Shown here: piece by piece, positions 9,870-19,761 of the stretch
Layout of the letters: each line of letters starts with the position of its first letter
Numbering within the stretch: position 1 is the stretch's first letter
DNA from: an uncultured Alphaproteobacteria bacterium
GTDB lineage: Bacteria; Pseudomonadota; Alphaproteobacteria; HIMB59; GCA-002718135
NCBI GenBank assembly: GCA_902541435.1
Contig: CACBQR010000001.1
Location: 1-56,239, forward strand
DNA: 56,239 nt
Reading direction: 5' to 3'
The notes under the pieces: generated by a model
What the model was told of the DNA's origin: nothing
What the model saw: the letters and a program-made list of their open reading frames with translations, nothing else
The model's database searches: none
Program-made: the position numbers and the translations under genes

Positions 9870-9900
9870 ATAATTATTATTTATCAATTATTTAAATATT
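9870..9900 (+). repeat. Copy A of a 31/32-nt near-identical intergenic repeat (ataattattatttatcaattatttaaa[a]tatt)
   Basis: 27 consecutive identical bases plus tatt after a 1-nt A-run indel, compared with 38951-38982. Ends 12 nt before the umuD start codon. Confidence 0.85.
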
Positions 9901-9912
9901 TTTTCTAATATT

Positions 9913-10350
9913 ATGTCTAAAAAAATAGAAAACTTAATATTTAAAGCTGAATCCAAAGGAGATCAAATAACACCTTATTTTCTTGATACAGTATCTGCAG
10001 GTTTTCCATCTCCAGCTACTGATTACATGGAAAACAAACTTGATCTTAATGAATATTTGGTTCAACGTCCAACAGCAACCTATATCGTTAAAGCTAATGG
10101 CCCTTCTATGACCGATGCAGGCATATTATCAGGTGATTTACTTATTGTTGATAGAAGTATTACACCTCGTAACGACAATATTGTTATAGCCTCCATCTTT
10201 GGTGACCTAACAGTTAAAAAACTGAAAAAGAAAGATCAGTCACTATTTTTAATTTCTGCCAATAGTGAGTATCCTAGTATTCAAGTTAAAGAGGAAATGG
10301 AGTGTTTTATATGGGGGGTAGTGACATATGTCATACACAAAACTACTTAA
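9913..10350 (+). CDS. umuD: UmuD, SOS translesion polymerase V accessory subunit (S24 LexA-like self-cleaving peptidase)
   Basis: 145 aa. Closely parallels E. coli UmuD motifs: cleavage region SAGFPSPATDY, catalytic Ser in NGPSM, and Lys in TVKKL. Confidence 0.9.
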   Translation: MSKKIENLIFKAESKGDQITPYFLDTVSAGFPSPATDYMENKLDLNEYLVQRPTATYIVKANGPSMTDAGILSGDLLIVDRSITPRNDNIVIASIFGDLTVKKLKKKDQSLFLISANSEYPSIQVKEEMECFIWGVVTYVIHKTT

Positions 10351-11632
10351 TAGAAATCATAACTCAGTAAATCAATCTATAGCATTGATAGATTGCAATA
10401 ATTTTTATGCGTCATGTGAAAGAATATTTAATCCAAAACTTATAGGAAAACCAATTGTCGTACTTTCCAATAATGATGGTTGTATCATTGCACGATCAAA
10501 AGAAGCAAAAAAATTAGGGATAAAAATGGGTGAACCTTATTTTAAAGCAAAAAATATTATTGAAAAAAATGATGTTAAAGTTTTTTCATCTAATTATTCT
10601 TTATATGGCGATATTTCTCAGAGAGTAATGGAGACTTTATCAAGTTTCTCTTCAGAGGTAGAAATCTACTCCATAGATGAAGCATTTCTTGGTTTAAATG
10701 GTTTTGAGAACTATGAGCTAAACACTTATTGTAGACATATTAGACAAACAATTAAGAGGTGGGTTGGTATTCCAGTTAGTATTGGAGTGGGTCCAACAAA
10801 AACACTATCAAAAATAGCTAATCATTTAGCAAAAAAACAACCAGACTATAAAGGTGTGTGCATACTAAAAAATAAAATAGAAATAAAAAAAGCATTAGAA
10901 TTAACATCCATTGAAGAAGTATGGGGCATTGGAAGAAGATTATCTCTTTTCCTGAAAAAATATAATATTCATAATGCTTATCAATTTTCACAAATGGACA
11001 GAGGATGGATAAGAAAAAATATGGGTGTAGTGGGAGAGAAGACATACCTAGAATTAAATAGTGTATCGTGTTTAGAACTTGATTTGGTTCCAAGTGATAA
11101 ACAAAGTTGTTGTGTTTCAAGATCATTTAGTCAGCCAATAGAAAAATTATTTGATTTGGAGGAATCAATATCAACTTATGGATCAAGAGTATCAGAGAAG
11201 ATAAGGGAAGAGGGGTTAGTGGCTGAATCGATGAGTGTTTTTGTTTTAACAAATCATTTTAATAGAAGAGAGAAACAATATTCGAATTCAATAAAACTAC
11301 ACTTACCTTTTCCAACAAATAATAGCATAAAAATTGTTAAAAGAGCTCTTGAAGGAATTAGAAAAATATACCGACCAGGATTTCGTTATAAAAAAGCTGG
11401 AATTATATTATATGGTCTTAGCAGGCACAATGTAACTAGAGGATTGCTTGATTATGACCGTGATACATCAGATAGAATAATGAATACTATTGATAATATT
11501 AATTCTAGATATGGAAGTTCAACGTTAAAGATAGCCTCTGAAGGTATAGAAAAAATATGGAAGATGAAAAGAGAAAACGTATCCCCATGTTACACAACAC
11601 GTTTTGAAGAATTGGTAGAAGTTAAAGCTTAG
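10328..11632 (+). CDS. umuC: UmuC, Y-family DNA polymerase V catalytic subunit
   Basis: 434 aa. N-terminal IALIDCNNFYASCE and SIDEAFL motifs of Y-family polymerases. 23-nt overlap with umuD. Confidence 0.9.
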   Translation: MSYTKLLNRNHNSVNQSIALIDCNNFYASCERIFNPKLIGKPIVVLSNNDGCIIARSKEAKKLGIKMGEPYFKAKNIIEKNDVKVFSSNYSLYGDISQRVMETLSSFSSEVEIYSIDEAFLGLNGFENYELNTYCRHIRQTIKRWVGIPVSIGVGPTKTLSKIANHLAKKQPDYKGVCILKNKIEIKKALELTSIEEVWGIGRRLSLFLKKYNIHNAYQFSQMDRGWIRKNMGVVGEKTYLELNSVSCLELDLVPSDKQSCCVSRSFSQPIEKLFDLEESISTYGSRVSEKIREEGLVAESMSVFVLTNHFNRREKQYSNSIKLHLPFPTNNSIKIVKRALEGIRKIYRPGFRYKKAGIILYGLSRHNVTRGLLDYDRDTSDRIMNTIDNINSRYGSSTLKIASEGIEKIWKMKRENVSPCYTTRFEELVEVKA

Positions 11633-11638
11633 ATAAAA

Positions 11639-11713
11639 TGGCTCCCCGGGCCGGGCTCGAACCAGCGACCGATCGGTTAACAGCCGATTGCTCTACCACT
11701 GAGCTACCGAGGA
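11639..11713 (-). tRNA. tRNA-Asn (anticodon GUU), CCA encoded
   Basis: The reverse complement folds by hand into a cloverleaf. Acceptor TCCTCGG/CCGGGGA, D-arm GCTC..GAGC, anticodon stem ATCGG/CCGAT with loop CTGTTAA, T-arm GCTGG-TTCGAGC-CCGGC, discriminator G, then CCA. Confidence 0.9.
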
Positions 11714-11760
11714 ACACAATTTTGTTGATAATAAAAAAAAATTAAAAAACAAGAAAAATT

Positions 11761-11834
11761 TGGAGGCTCGGAGCGGAATCGAACCGCTGTGCAAGGCTTT
11801 GCAGGCCCCTACATCACCACTCTGCCACCGAGCC
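11761..11834 (-). tRNA. tRNA-Cys (anticodon GCA), CCA encoded
   Basis: The reverse complement is GGCTCGGTGGCAGAGTGGTGATGTAGGGGCCTGCAAAGCCTTGCACAGCGGTTCGATTCCGCTCCGAGCCTCCA. Anticodon loop CTGCAAA, T-loop TTCGATT, and discriminator U73 typical of tRNA-Cys. Confidence 0.9.
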
Positions 11835-11958
11835 TAAAAAAAATGACAATTATCACTATATTATTTCTAGTCAATTAATGAAAAAAAATTCTAAAGATTA
11901 ATAATATAATTTAAATAATTGATTATATAATAGGTTTATATAAAGCATCCTTTAAGAA

Positions 11959-12618
11959 ATGAGTGAAACATTTGAAATTGCAAGAAAAAATATGGTTGTT
12001 AATCAGTTGAGACCAAACAAAATTAATGAAGAAAATATATTACAAATATTTGAAAAAACTCCTAAAGAAAATTATTTGGATGTCAGCTTAGGTAAGAATT
12101 GTTACCTAGATAATAATTTAGATATAACTGATAAAAGAGGATATCTTAAAAATTTACACCTAGCTCAAATTATAAAATATTCGAAAATTTTACCTAATGA
12201 TAAGGTATTGCATATAGGTGGCTTAACGGGCTACTTTTCCGCTCTAGTTAGCTCACTATGTAGAGAACTTCATGTTGTAGAAGAAAATAGAGAACTATTT
12301 AAATTACTAGAACATAATATTAACAAAACTGAAAATACTAATATTAGTTTATTTAATCATAATTTATTAGATGGATTATCTGATAAAGCTCCATTCAACT
12401 TAATTATTATTGACGGACCTATATTTAAAATAACTGATAAGTTAAAAAAGCAACTAGCAATGAATGGAGGAAGGTTAATATATATTAAAAAAATATATGA
12501 TAATTTGGGTAAAGCTTATAAAATTATAAGAAATGAAGATTTATATTCATCTGAGTATTTATTTGATGTAATGAGTAGTTATCAAATTCAAGAACAACAA
12601 GAGGATTTTAAATTTTAA
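11959..12618 (+). CDS. Protein-L-isoaspartate O-methyltransferase-like (PCMT-family paralogue)
   Basis: 219 aa. SAM-binding motif VLHIGGLTGYFSA. Its position directly upstream of tolC fits an arrangement I recall as common in Alphaproteobacteria. Confidence 0.6.
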   Translation: MSETFEIARKNMVVNQLRPNKINEENILQIFEKTPKENYLDVSLGKNCYLDNNLDITDKRGYLKNLHLAQIIKYSKILPNDKVLHIGGLTGYFSALVSSLCRELHVVEENRELFKLLEHNINKTENTNISLFNHNLLDGLSDKAPFNLIIIDGPIFKITDKLKKQLAMNGGRLIYIKKIYDNLGKAYKIIRNEDLYSSEYLFDVMSSYQIQEQQEDFKF

Positions 12619-13905
12619 ATGAGATCATTTATATTATTGTTATTACTTATTTATTCTAAATCTATATTTGCTCTGTCGATTGATGATTCTGTAAAAAGTA
12701 CGATTGCAAATAATTTGAAGGTAAAAATTGCTTTTGAAAAACTGAATGAAAGCAAAGAAAATATTGAGGTAGCTATAGGCAAAAAACTTCCTACAGTTAC
12801 TGGCACAATTTCTGGTACATATAGTAATAGTGATACAACATCAGCTGCTGGTGTATCAACAACACCAGAGACTTTTACAGATAAATATAAAATTAGTATT
12901 ACTCAAAATTTGTATGATGGTGGTGAAAAAAGTTTAGAAATTGAAAGATCAAAAATTATTTACGAAAATGCAGTTATAAACTTTTATAAAACAGTTCAAG
13001 ATTTATCATTAACAGCTGTAGAAGGTTATTTAACCGTAATAAATTATGAAAAATCATTAGAGGCTTCCGAAAAGAATTTTGATTCTGTTTTAAGATTTTT
13101 AGAAGAAGTAAAATTAAAATATGAATTGGGCTCAGCAACCATAACTGAATTGAAAAATGCTGAGAGTGCTTTTTCAATTGCAGAAACAAATCTTTTTTCA
13201 GCCGAACAAAACTATAAAATCAGTTTAAAAACATTTAAATCAATTGTTGGTAAAGAAGCTATTAACTTAGAAGATTATGTAAATATAGAAGATGATTTGA
13301 ATTTTGATAACATACTTTCTGAAGTTTATAAAAATAATTTTAATATTTTAATTGCTCAAAATAATATTAAAATTAAAGAATTTGATCTCTCAAAAGAAAA
13401 AAGTTCTAATAGACCTACCTTAGATATAACAGCTTCTACTGAGTATTCGGATGGTTCACGAATAGATGCAGGAAGCGAAAATACCAATGCAACATTAGGG
13501 TTAACTTTAACAATTCCTATATTTCAGCAAAATATTGACAAATCAGACATTAGAAAAATAAATTCTCAAATTTTACAAACTGAAATTGAGTTAGAGGATC
13601 TTAAAGAAAGTTTAAATATTGAGGTATCAAACTATTATAAAAATTATTTAGTTAGTAAATCAAATTTAAATACATCGCTGCTAACTATAGAGTATGCAAA
13701 TACTCTTCTAGAAAGTACTCAAGAGGAATACAACCTTGGGACAAAATCTATCACTGATCTAATAGAAGCAGAAACTAATCTTTTAAACGTAAATGTTGAA
13801 TATTTTAATGCAAATAAAAACTATCTGATTAATTATTTTAATTTACTAGCTTTAGATGGTTCACTGATTAAATTATTTGAGGAGTATCTTCCTAGCTATA
13901 ATTAG
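12619..13905 (+). CDS. tolC: TolC-family outer-membrane efflux channel
   Basis: 428 aa. Signal peptide, then two repeated OEP-type coiled-coil/beta segments of the kind seen in TolC-family channels. Confidence 0.8.
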   Translation: MRSFILLLLLIYSKSIFALSIDDSVKSTIANNLKVKIAFEKLNESKENIEVAIGKKLPTVTGTISGTYSNSDTTSAAGVSTTPETFTDKYKISITQNLYDGGEKSLEIERSKIIYENAVINFYKTVQDLSLTAVEGYLTVINYEKSLEASEKNFDSVLRFLEEVKLKYELGSATITELKNAESAFSIAETNLFSAEQNYKISLKTFKSIVGKEAINLEDYVNIEDDLNFDNILSEVYKNNFNILIAQNNIKIKEFDLSKEKSSNRPTLDITASTEYSDGSRIDAGSENTNATLGLTLTIPIFQQNIDKSDIRKINSQILQTEIELEDLKESLNIEVSNYYKNYLVSKSNLNTSLLTIEYANTLLESTQEEYNLGTKSITDLIEAETNLLNVNVEYFNANKNYLINYFNLLALDGSLIKLFEEYLPSYN

Positions 13906-13942
13906 AGTTTTATTAATTTAATTAAACATTTATAATACCTAT

Positions 13943-14227
13943 ATGAATACAAAAAATTCTATCAATGAATCTCTAGAAGTCATACGAAGAGCGCTTGAAG
14001 ATGAAAAAAACGATTCAAATAAACATTCTTCATCTAATATTTTAATACTTAATCAAAAGGTTAACAGTGATGGTACAATAAAATTACTTCAAAAAGATGA
14101 AGATATAAATAGTGAAATTAATGATATTATAGATCAAAAACTCTCCTATCTTGTAGAAAATAAAATTGAAAAAATACTTGATGAGAAAATCCCAAAATTA
14201 CTAAAAAATTACTTCGATACAAAATAG
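13943..14227 (+). CDS. Small acidic DUF2497/PopZ-like protein
   Basis: 94 aa. N-terminal helix NESLEVIRRALEDE resembles the PopZ EEILASIRRII motif. Acidic/Ser-Asn linker. C-terminal amphipathic helix KILDEKIPKLLKNYF. Sits between tolC and valS, as DUF2497 genes do in other Alphaproteobacteria (from memory). Confidence 0.5.
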   Translation: MNTKNSINESLEVIRRALEDEKNDSNKHSSSNILILNQKVNSDGTIKLLQKDEDINSEINDIIDQKLSYLVENKIEKILDEKIPKLLKNYFDTK

Positions 14228-14232
14228 TTACA

Positions 14233-16860
14233 ATGCAGCTTGATAAATTTTTTGATTTTTTAAAAGATGAAAAAAATCTTTATTCTCAATGGGAGCAATC
14301 AAATTGTTTTAAACCACAAAAAGGAGGTGAGCCTTATTCAATAATGATGCCACCACCTAATGTTACAGGCAGCTTACATATGGGTCATGCTTTAACCTTC
14401 ACAATTCAAGATATATTAATCAGATACCATAGAATGAAAGGCATGGAAGTATTGTGGCAAGCAGGGACAGATCATGCAGGAATAGCTACTCAGATGGTTG
14501 TTGAAAGAAAATTAAGTGCGTTAAACTTAGATCGACGATCTCTAGGTAGAGAAAAGTTTATTGAAAAAGTATGGGAATGGAAAAAAGAGTCGGGTGGTCA
14601 GATAAGTAATCAATTAAGAAGACTTGGTGCTTCTGCAGATTGGTCAAGAGAAAGATTTACTATGGATGAAGGTCTTTCTAATGCAGTTAAGAAAGTATTT
14701 GTTAATTTATTTAATGATGGAATTATTTATAAAGATAAGAGGTTGGTTAATTGGGATCCAAAACTTTTAACTGCTATTTCTGATCTAGAAGTAGAACAAA
14801 GAGATACTGAAGGAAGTTTATGGCATATTAAATATCCTATAGATGAAAATAATCATATCATAGTTGCAACAACAAGACCTGAGACGATGTTAGGAGATAC
14901 TGCAGTGGCTGTTCATCCAGATGATGAAAAATATAAAAATTTAATTGGTAAATATTGTAACTTACCAATTTCAAATAAAAAAATACCAATCATTGCTGAT
15001 GAATATGCAGATCCTGACAAAGGTTCTGGAGCTGTGAAAATTACTCCTGCACATGACTTTAATGATTTTGAGGTAGGAAAGAGACATGATTTAGAATTTA
15101 TTAATATTTTTGATGAAAATGCTAAACTGAACAAAAATGTACCTGAAGAATTTCAAACTTTAGATCGATTTGACGCAAGAAAACTAATTTTAAAAAAATT
15201 AGAGGAAATGAATTTATTGATTAAAGAAGAAAAACAGCAAATGGTCATACCATATGGTGATAGATCAGGTGTTATTATTGAGCCATGGCTGACAGACCAA
15301 TGGTTTTGTGATGCAAAAAAATTATCAGTTGATCCAATATCAGCTGTTAAAGATAATAGGTCTAAATTTATTCCAAAACAATGGGAAAATACATTTTATA
15401 ATTGGATGGAAAATATTCAACCGTGGTGTATTTCAAGACAATTGTGGTGGGGGCATCAAATTCCTGCATGGTATGGTCCAGATAAAAAATATTTTGTTAG
15501 TGAAACTTTAGAAGAAGCACAAAATCAAGCAAAAGAATTTTATGGAGAGGATGTTGAGCTTACACAAGATGAAGATGTTCTAGATACTTGGTTTTCTTCT
15601 GCTCTATGGACATTCTCTACTTTAGATTGGCCAAATAAAACTTATGAATTAGACAAGTTTTATCCTGGTAATGTTTTGGTTACTGGTTTTGATATCATAT
15701 TTTTTTGGGTTGCGCGGATGATGATGATGGGTTCTTATTTTATGAAGGAAACTCCATTTAAAGATATTTATATTCATCCTTTGATACGTGATGAAAAAGG
15801 ACAAAAAATGTCTAAATCAAAAGGGAATATAATTGACCCTTTAGAGCTATTAGATAAATATGGAGCTGATACATTAAGATTTACATTAACAGCACTATTA
15901 AATCCTGGACGAGATGTAAAATTATCTGAAGCTAGAGTTAAAGGATACAAATCATTCACAAATAAAATTTGGAATGCTGGAAAATTTTTACAATTGAATA
16001 ATTCAATTTTCATAGATGATATTTCAATAGATTCAATTATTTTTGATGCAAACAAATGGATAATAAAAGAATTGAATGATTTGAACACTCAACTTGATCA
16101 ATTAATTAAAAAGTATTTGTTTCATGAAATAGCCAATAAAATTTATCATTTCGTATGGCATACTTATTGTGATTGGTACATTGAAATTATTAAACAAAAT
16201 TTTGAAAACGAAAAATTTGCTGATGAAATTAAAAAAGTTTCTGGATGGACATTTATTCAAGTTTTAAAGATCATACATCCTATTATGCCATTTATAAGTG
16301 AAAAATTATGGAGATCTTTAGTTGATGATAAATCATATTTAATGAACCAAGTTTTTAAAAATTATTCAACAAATAATTCTTTTAATAATTCTAAAAAAAA
16401 CTTCGAAATATTTATTGAATTCATAACATCTATAAGAAATTTAAGATCAGAACTAAATATACCCTACAAACAATTAATTAATATCTCCATAGAAGCAAAA
16501 AATGAAGAACTTAATAATTTTCTAATTTTCTATAAAAATGAAATTAGTAATTTTTTAAAAACCAAAGATATTAGTTTTGATAAAATTCAGCCAAATAAGA
16601 ATTCAGCTTTAATTGTATTAACATCATTGTCAATTTTAATCCCTTTGGATGGTATTATTGACTCAGAAGTAGAACTTAAAAAATTAAATAAGAAAAAGCA
16701 AGTTGAGCAAGAAAAATTTAAAATAGTTAATGACAAATTAAATAATGTTAACTTTATGAATAAAGCTTCAGAAGAAATTATTAATAAATTTAAAAATGAG
16801 GCAAATATTTATAAATCTTCTATTGAAAAAATTGATCAAATAATAAATACTATCAAATAG
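14233..16860 (+). CDS. valS: Valyl-tRNA synthetase
   Basis: 875 aa. HIGH-type motif [18 protein letters not shown] motif, and a C-terminal coiled coil. Confidence 0.95.
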   Translation: MQLDKFFDFLKDEKNLYSQWEQSNCFKPQKGGEPYSIMMPPPNVTGSLHMGHALTFTIQDILIRYHRMKGMEVLWQAGTDHAGIATQMVVERKLSALNLDRRSLGREKFIEKVWEWKKESGGQISNQLRRLGASADWSRERFTMDEGLSNAVKKVFVNLFNDGIIYKDKRLVNWDPKLLTAISDLEVEQRDTEGSLWHIKYPIDENNHIIVATTRPETMLGDTAVAVHPDDEKYKNLIGKYCNLPISNKKIPIIADEYADPDKGSGAVKITPAHDFNDFEVGKRHDLEFINIFDENAKLNKNVPEEFQTLDRFDARKLILKKLEEMNLLIKEEKQQMVIPYGDRSGVIIEPWLTDQWFCDAKKLSVDPISAVKDNRSKFIPKQWENTFYNWMENIQPWCISRQLWWGHQIPAWYGPDKKYFVSETLEEAQNQAKEFYGEDVELTQDEDVLDTWFSSALWTFSTLDWPNKTYELDKFYPGNVLVTGFDIIFFWVARMMMMGSYFMKETPFKDIYIHPLIRDEKGQKMSKSKGNIIDPLELLDKYGADTLRFTLTALLNPGRDVKLSEARVKGYKSFTNKIWNAGKFLQLNNSIFIDDISIDSIIFDANKWIIKELNDLNTQLDQLIKKYLFHEIANKIYHFVWHTYCDWYIEIIKQNFENEKFADEIKKVSGWTFIQVLKIIHPIMPFISEKLWRSLVDDKSYLMNQVFKNYSTNNSFNNSKKNFEIFIEFITSIRNLRSELNIPYKQLINISIEAKNEELNNFLIFYKNEISNFLKTKDISFDKIQPNKNSALIVLTSLSILIPLDGIIDSEVELKKLNKKKQVEQEKFKIVNDKLNNVNFMNKASEEIINKFKNEANIYKSSIEKIDQIINTIK

Positions 16861-16861
16861 A

Positions 16862-18592
16862 ATGGAAGATAAGGGATCAAATAGAAAATCTAATCTACCT
16901 AGTAGATATGTTAGTGTAGGCCCAAAAAGTGCGCCTCATAGATCGTATTATTATGCTATGGGTTTGAAAGAACATGAAATTTATCAACCATTTGTTGGCG
17001 TTGTTAGCACTTGGAATGAATCAGCTCCTTGCAACATTACTCTACAAGATCAAGCGCAACATGTGAAGACAGGTGTCAAAGATGCTGGAGGAACACCAAG
17101 AGAATTTACAACTATAACAGTAACAGATGGAATTGCCATGGGTCATGAGGCAATGAAATCCTCTCTAATTAGTAGAGAAGTTATTGCAGATTCCATTGAA
17201 TTATCTGTGAGAGGTCACTGTTATGACGCAATAGTTGGACTTGCTGGCTGTGATAAATCTTTGCCAGGTTTAATGATGGCTATGGTTAGATTAAATGTTC
17301 CATCTGTATTCATTTATGGGGGTTCAATCTTACCAGGAAAATACAAGGGTAAAGATGTTACTGTTATTGATGTTTTTGAAGCAGTAGGAAAACATGCTGC
17401 TGGAACTATCTCAGATCAAGATTTAAAGGATATTGAACAAGTTGCTTGCCCATCTGCTGGATCGTGTGGAGGTCAGTTTACAGCAAATACAATGGCATGT
17501 ATTTCTGAAGCAGTTGGTTTAGCTCTAACAAATTCGGCTATGCCACCAGCAGTAAATACTGAAGAAAGAAAAGCTTATGGTGAAAAGAGTGGTAAAGCTA
17601 TAATGAATTTATTAGAAAAGAATATAAGACCAAGGGATATTGTAACTATTGATTCGTTAGTAAACGCTGCAAGAGTAGTTGCAGCTACCGGAGGCTCAAC
17701 TAATGCAGCACTCCATCTTCCTGCGATAGCTAATGAAGCAGGTTTAAAATTTACATTAAGAGATGTTGTAGAAATTTATAATTCGACTCCTTATATCGGA
17801 GATATGCAACCTGGTGGAAAGTACGTTGCTAAAGATTTATATGATGTAGGAGGTGTTCCAGTTGTTATTAAATCTTTATTAGACGGTGGTTATATTAACG
17901 GAGACTGTATAACTGTTACAGGAAAAACAATAGCTGAAAATCATAAGGAAGTAATATTCCCTACAAATCAAGATGTTGTTTATAAATGTGATAATCCAAT
18001 TAGTGAAAATAGTTCAGTCGTAGGGTTGTGGGGGAATCTTGCTCCAGATGGATGCATATCAAAAATAGCAGGATTGAAAAATTTAACTTTTAAAGGAAAA
18101 GCTAAATGTTTTGACTCAGAAGAAGATGCTTTAACTGCAGTTTTAAAAAATGAAATTAAAGCAGGAGATGCGGTAATAATTAGATATGAAGGTCCTAAGG
18201 GAGGACCTGGTATGCGTGAAATGCTTTCAACAACAGGCGCAATATATGGGCAAGGATTAGGTGAAACTGTTGCATTAATTACAGATGGAAGGTTTTCAGG
18301 CGGCACAAGAGGATTTTGTATTGGTCATGTAGGACCAGAAGCGGCTGTAGGAGGCATGATAGGTTTACTTAAAGATGGGGATGAAATTATTATTGATGCT
18401 GTTAAAGGTGAAATAAATGTTACACTTTCAGATCAAGAAATAGAAAAGAGAAAAAACGATTGGAAGCCAAGAAAAACTAATCATAATTCTGGATCTATAT
18501 GGAAATATTCTCAAACTGTTGGTCCAGCCTACGAGGGTGCTGTTACTCAACCAGGAGCAAAAGACGAAACGCATACATACGCTGATATTTAA
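16862..18592 (+). CDS. ilvD: Dihydroxy-acid dehydratase
   Basis: 576 aa. IlvD/Edd family motifs ([32 protein letters not shown]). Confidence 0.95.
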   Translation: MEDKGSNRKSNLPSRYVSVGPKSAPHRSYYYAMGLKEHEIYQPFVGVVSTWNESAPCNITLQDQAQHVKTGVKDAGGTPREFTTITVTDGIAMGHEAMKSSLISREVIADSIELSVRGHCYDAIVGLAGCDKSLPGLMMAMVRLNVPSVFIYGGSILPGKYKGKDVTVIDVFEAVGKHAAGTISDQDLKDIEQVACPSAGSCGGQFTANTMACISEAVGLALTNSAMPPAVNTEERKAYGEKSGKAIMNLLEKNIRPRDIVTIDSLVNAARVVAATGGSTNAALHLPAIANEAGLKFTLRDVVEIYNSTPYIGDMQPGGKYVAKDLYDVGGVPVVIKSLLDGGYINGDCITVTGKTIAENHKEVIFPTNQDVVYKCDNPISENSSVVGLWGNLAPDGCISKIAGLKNLTFKGKAKCFDSEEDALTAVLKNEIKAGDAVIIRYEGPKGGPGMREMLSTTGAIYGQGLGETVALITDGRFSGGTRGFCIGHVGPEAAVGGMIGLLKDGDEIIIDAVKGEINVTLSDQEIEKRKNDWKPRKTNHNSGSIWKYSQTVGPAYEGAVTQPGAKDETHTYADI

Positions 18593-18594
18593 TA

Positions 18595-19380
18595 TTAATT
18601 AACTAATTCAATAGTTACTGGTGTGTGATCAGAAGCTTTTTCCCATCCTCTTGGTTCACGATTAACATTAACTGATTTAATTAAATCAGTTACTTCTGGT
18701 GTAGTAAGAAAATGATCTATTCTAAGACCATTACCTTTTTGCCAATTTCCACCTCTATAACCCCAAAAGGTCCAGTTTGTATTTCCATGGATAAAATATT
18801 TAACTGTATCAACAAAACCTAAATTCAAAAGATTTCTAAATTTTTCTCTTGTTAATGGATGGGCACAAGCATCGTTTTTAAAATTTTCTGGTGAATACAC
18901 ATCTTCATCATTAGGTATTACATTAAAATCTCCACCTATAATAATTGGTTGATTATTATCAATTAATTCTTTGATATATTTATTAAAATTTATCATCCAA
19001 TCAATTTTGTAATCAAATTTTTCTGTTTCAATTGGATTTCCATTTGGAAGATAAATATTTATTAATTTAATATTTTTTTTTATATTTTTTAAGGATATTT
19101 CCGTTTCAATAAATCTGGAATTTACATCTTGGTAATTAGGAATTTTTAAGTTTGAAATTTCAATACTTTCTTTGCTAAGTATGGCTACCCCATTCCAAGC
19201 TTTTTGCCCATTCACATAACATTTATAATTAATATTTTCTAATTCCTTTTTAGGAAAACTTTCATTTGTGCATTTTAATTCTTGAATTAAATATAAATCA
19301 GATTGATCTTTTTTTATAAATTTTATTAAATGTTCTATTCTTGCATTAACTGAATTTACATTCCATGTAGTAATTTTCAT
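18595..19380 (-). CDS. xthA: Exodeoxyribonuclease III (AP endonuclease)
   Basis: 261 aa. MKITTWNVNS start, QELK, GDFNV and SDHTPV motifs of the ExoIII/EEP family. Confidence 0.9.
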   Translation of the reverse strand: MKITTWNVNSVNARIEHLIKFIKKDQSDLYLIQELKCTNESFPKKELENINYKCYVNGQKAWNGVAILSKESIEISNLKIPNYQDVNSRFIETEISLKNIKKNIKLINIYLPNGNPIETEKFDYKIDWMINFNKYIKELIDNNQPIIIGGDFNVIPNDEDVYSPENFKNDACAHPLTREKFRNLLNLGFVDTVKYFIHGNTNWTFWGYRGGNWQKGNGLRIDHFLTTPEVTDLIKSVNVNREPRGWEKASDHTPVTIELVN

Positions 19381-19707
19381 TTATATTGAAAAAGAAGTAC
19401 CACACCCACATGATGAAGATGCTAGTGGATTAGAAATTTTAAATGACGATCCAATTAATTCATTAACATAATCAATTTTTGATCCTTTTATTAATTCAAT
19501 TGAAGTTTTATCTATCAATACATCAGCATTTCTATAATTAAAGATTAAATCATCATCATCTGGTTTATCAGAAAAATCAAATTTATATTGAAATCCAGCA
19601 CAACCACCACCTAATACGGTAATTCTGAAATATTTAGATTTTTCAGACAGAAGTATCTTGTTGATATGGTTCTGAGCACTTTCAGTTACTTCAATTATAT
19701 TGTCCAT
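19381..19707 (-). CDS. erpA: Fe-S cluster insertion protein, HesB/IscA/ErpA family
   Basis: 108 aa. GGGCAGFQY and C-terminal CGCGTSFSI motifs. Confidence 0.85.
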   Translation of the reverse strand: MDNIIEVTESAQNHINKILLSEKSKYFRITVLGGGCAGFQYKFDFSDKPDDDDLIFNYRNADVLIDKTSIELIKGSKIDYVNELIGSSFKISNPLASSSCGCGTSFSI

Positions 19708-19761
19708 TTATCTAAATATTGTTATTAGTTATTTTTTTACAACTATAATATAAATTTTCTT

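Noticed and set aside
9774-11840. umuDC as a bona fide integrated mobile element
   Set aside because: There is no integrase, excisionase, transposase, att-like duplication of the tRNA 3' end, or visible compositional shift. It is retained only as a low-interest positional observation.
13906-13942. AT-only near-palindrome (ttaatttaattaa) between tolC and the PopZ-like ORF as a regulatory site or terminator
   Set aside because: It is pure A/T low-complexity sequence with no stable stem and no U-tract context. It cannot be distinguished from background.
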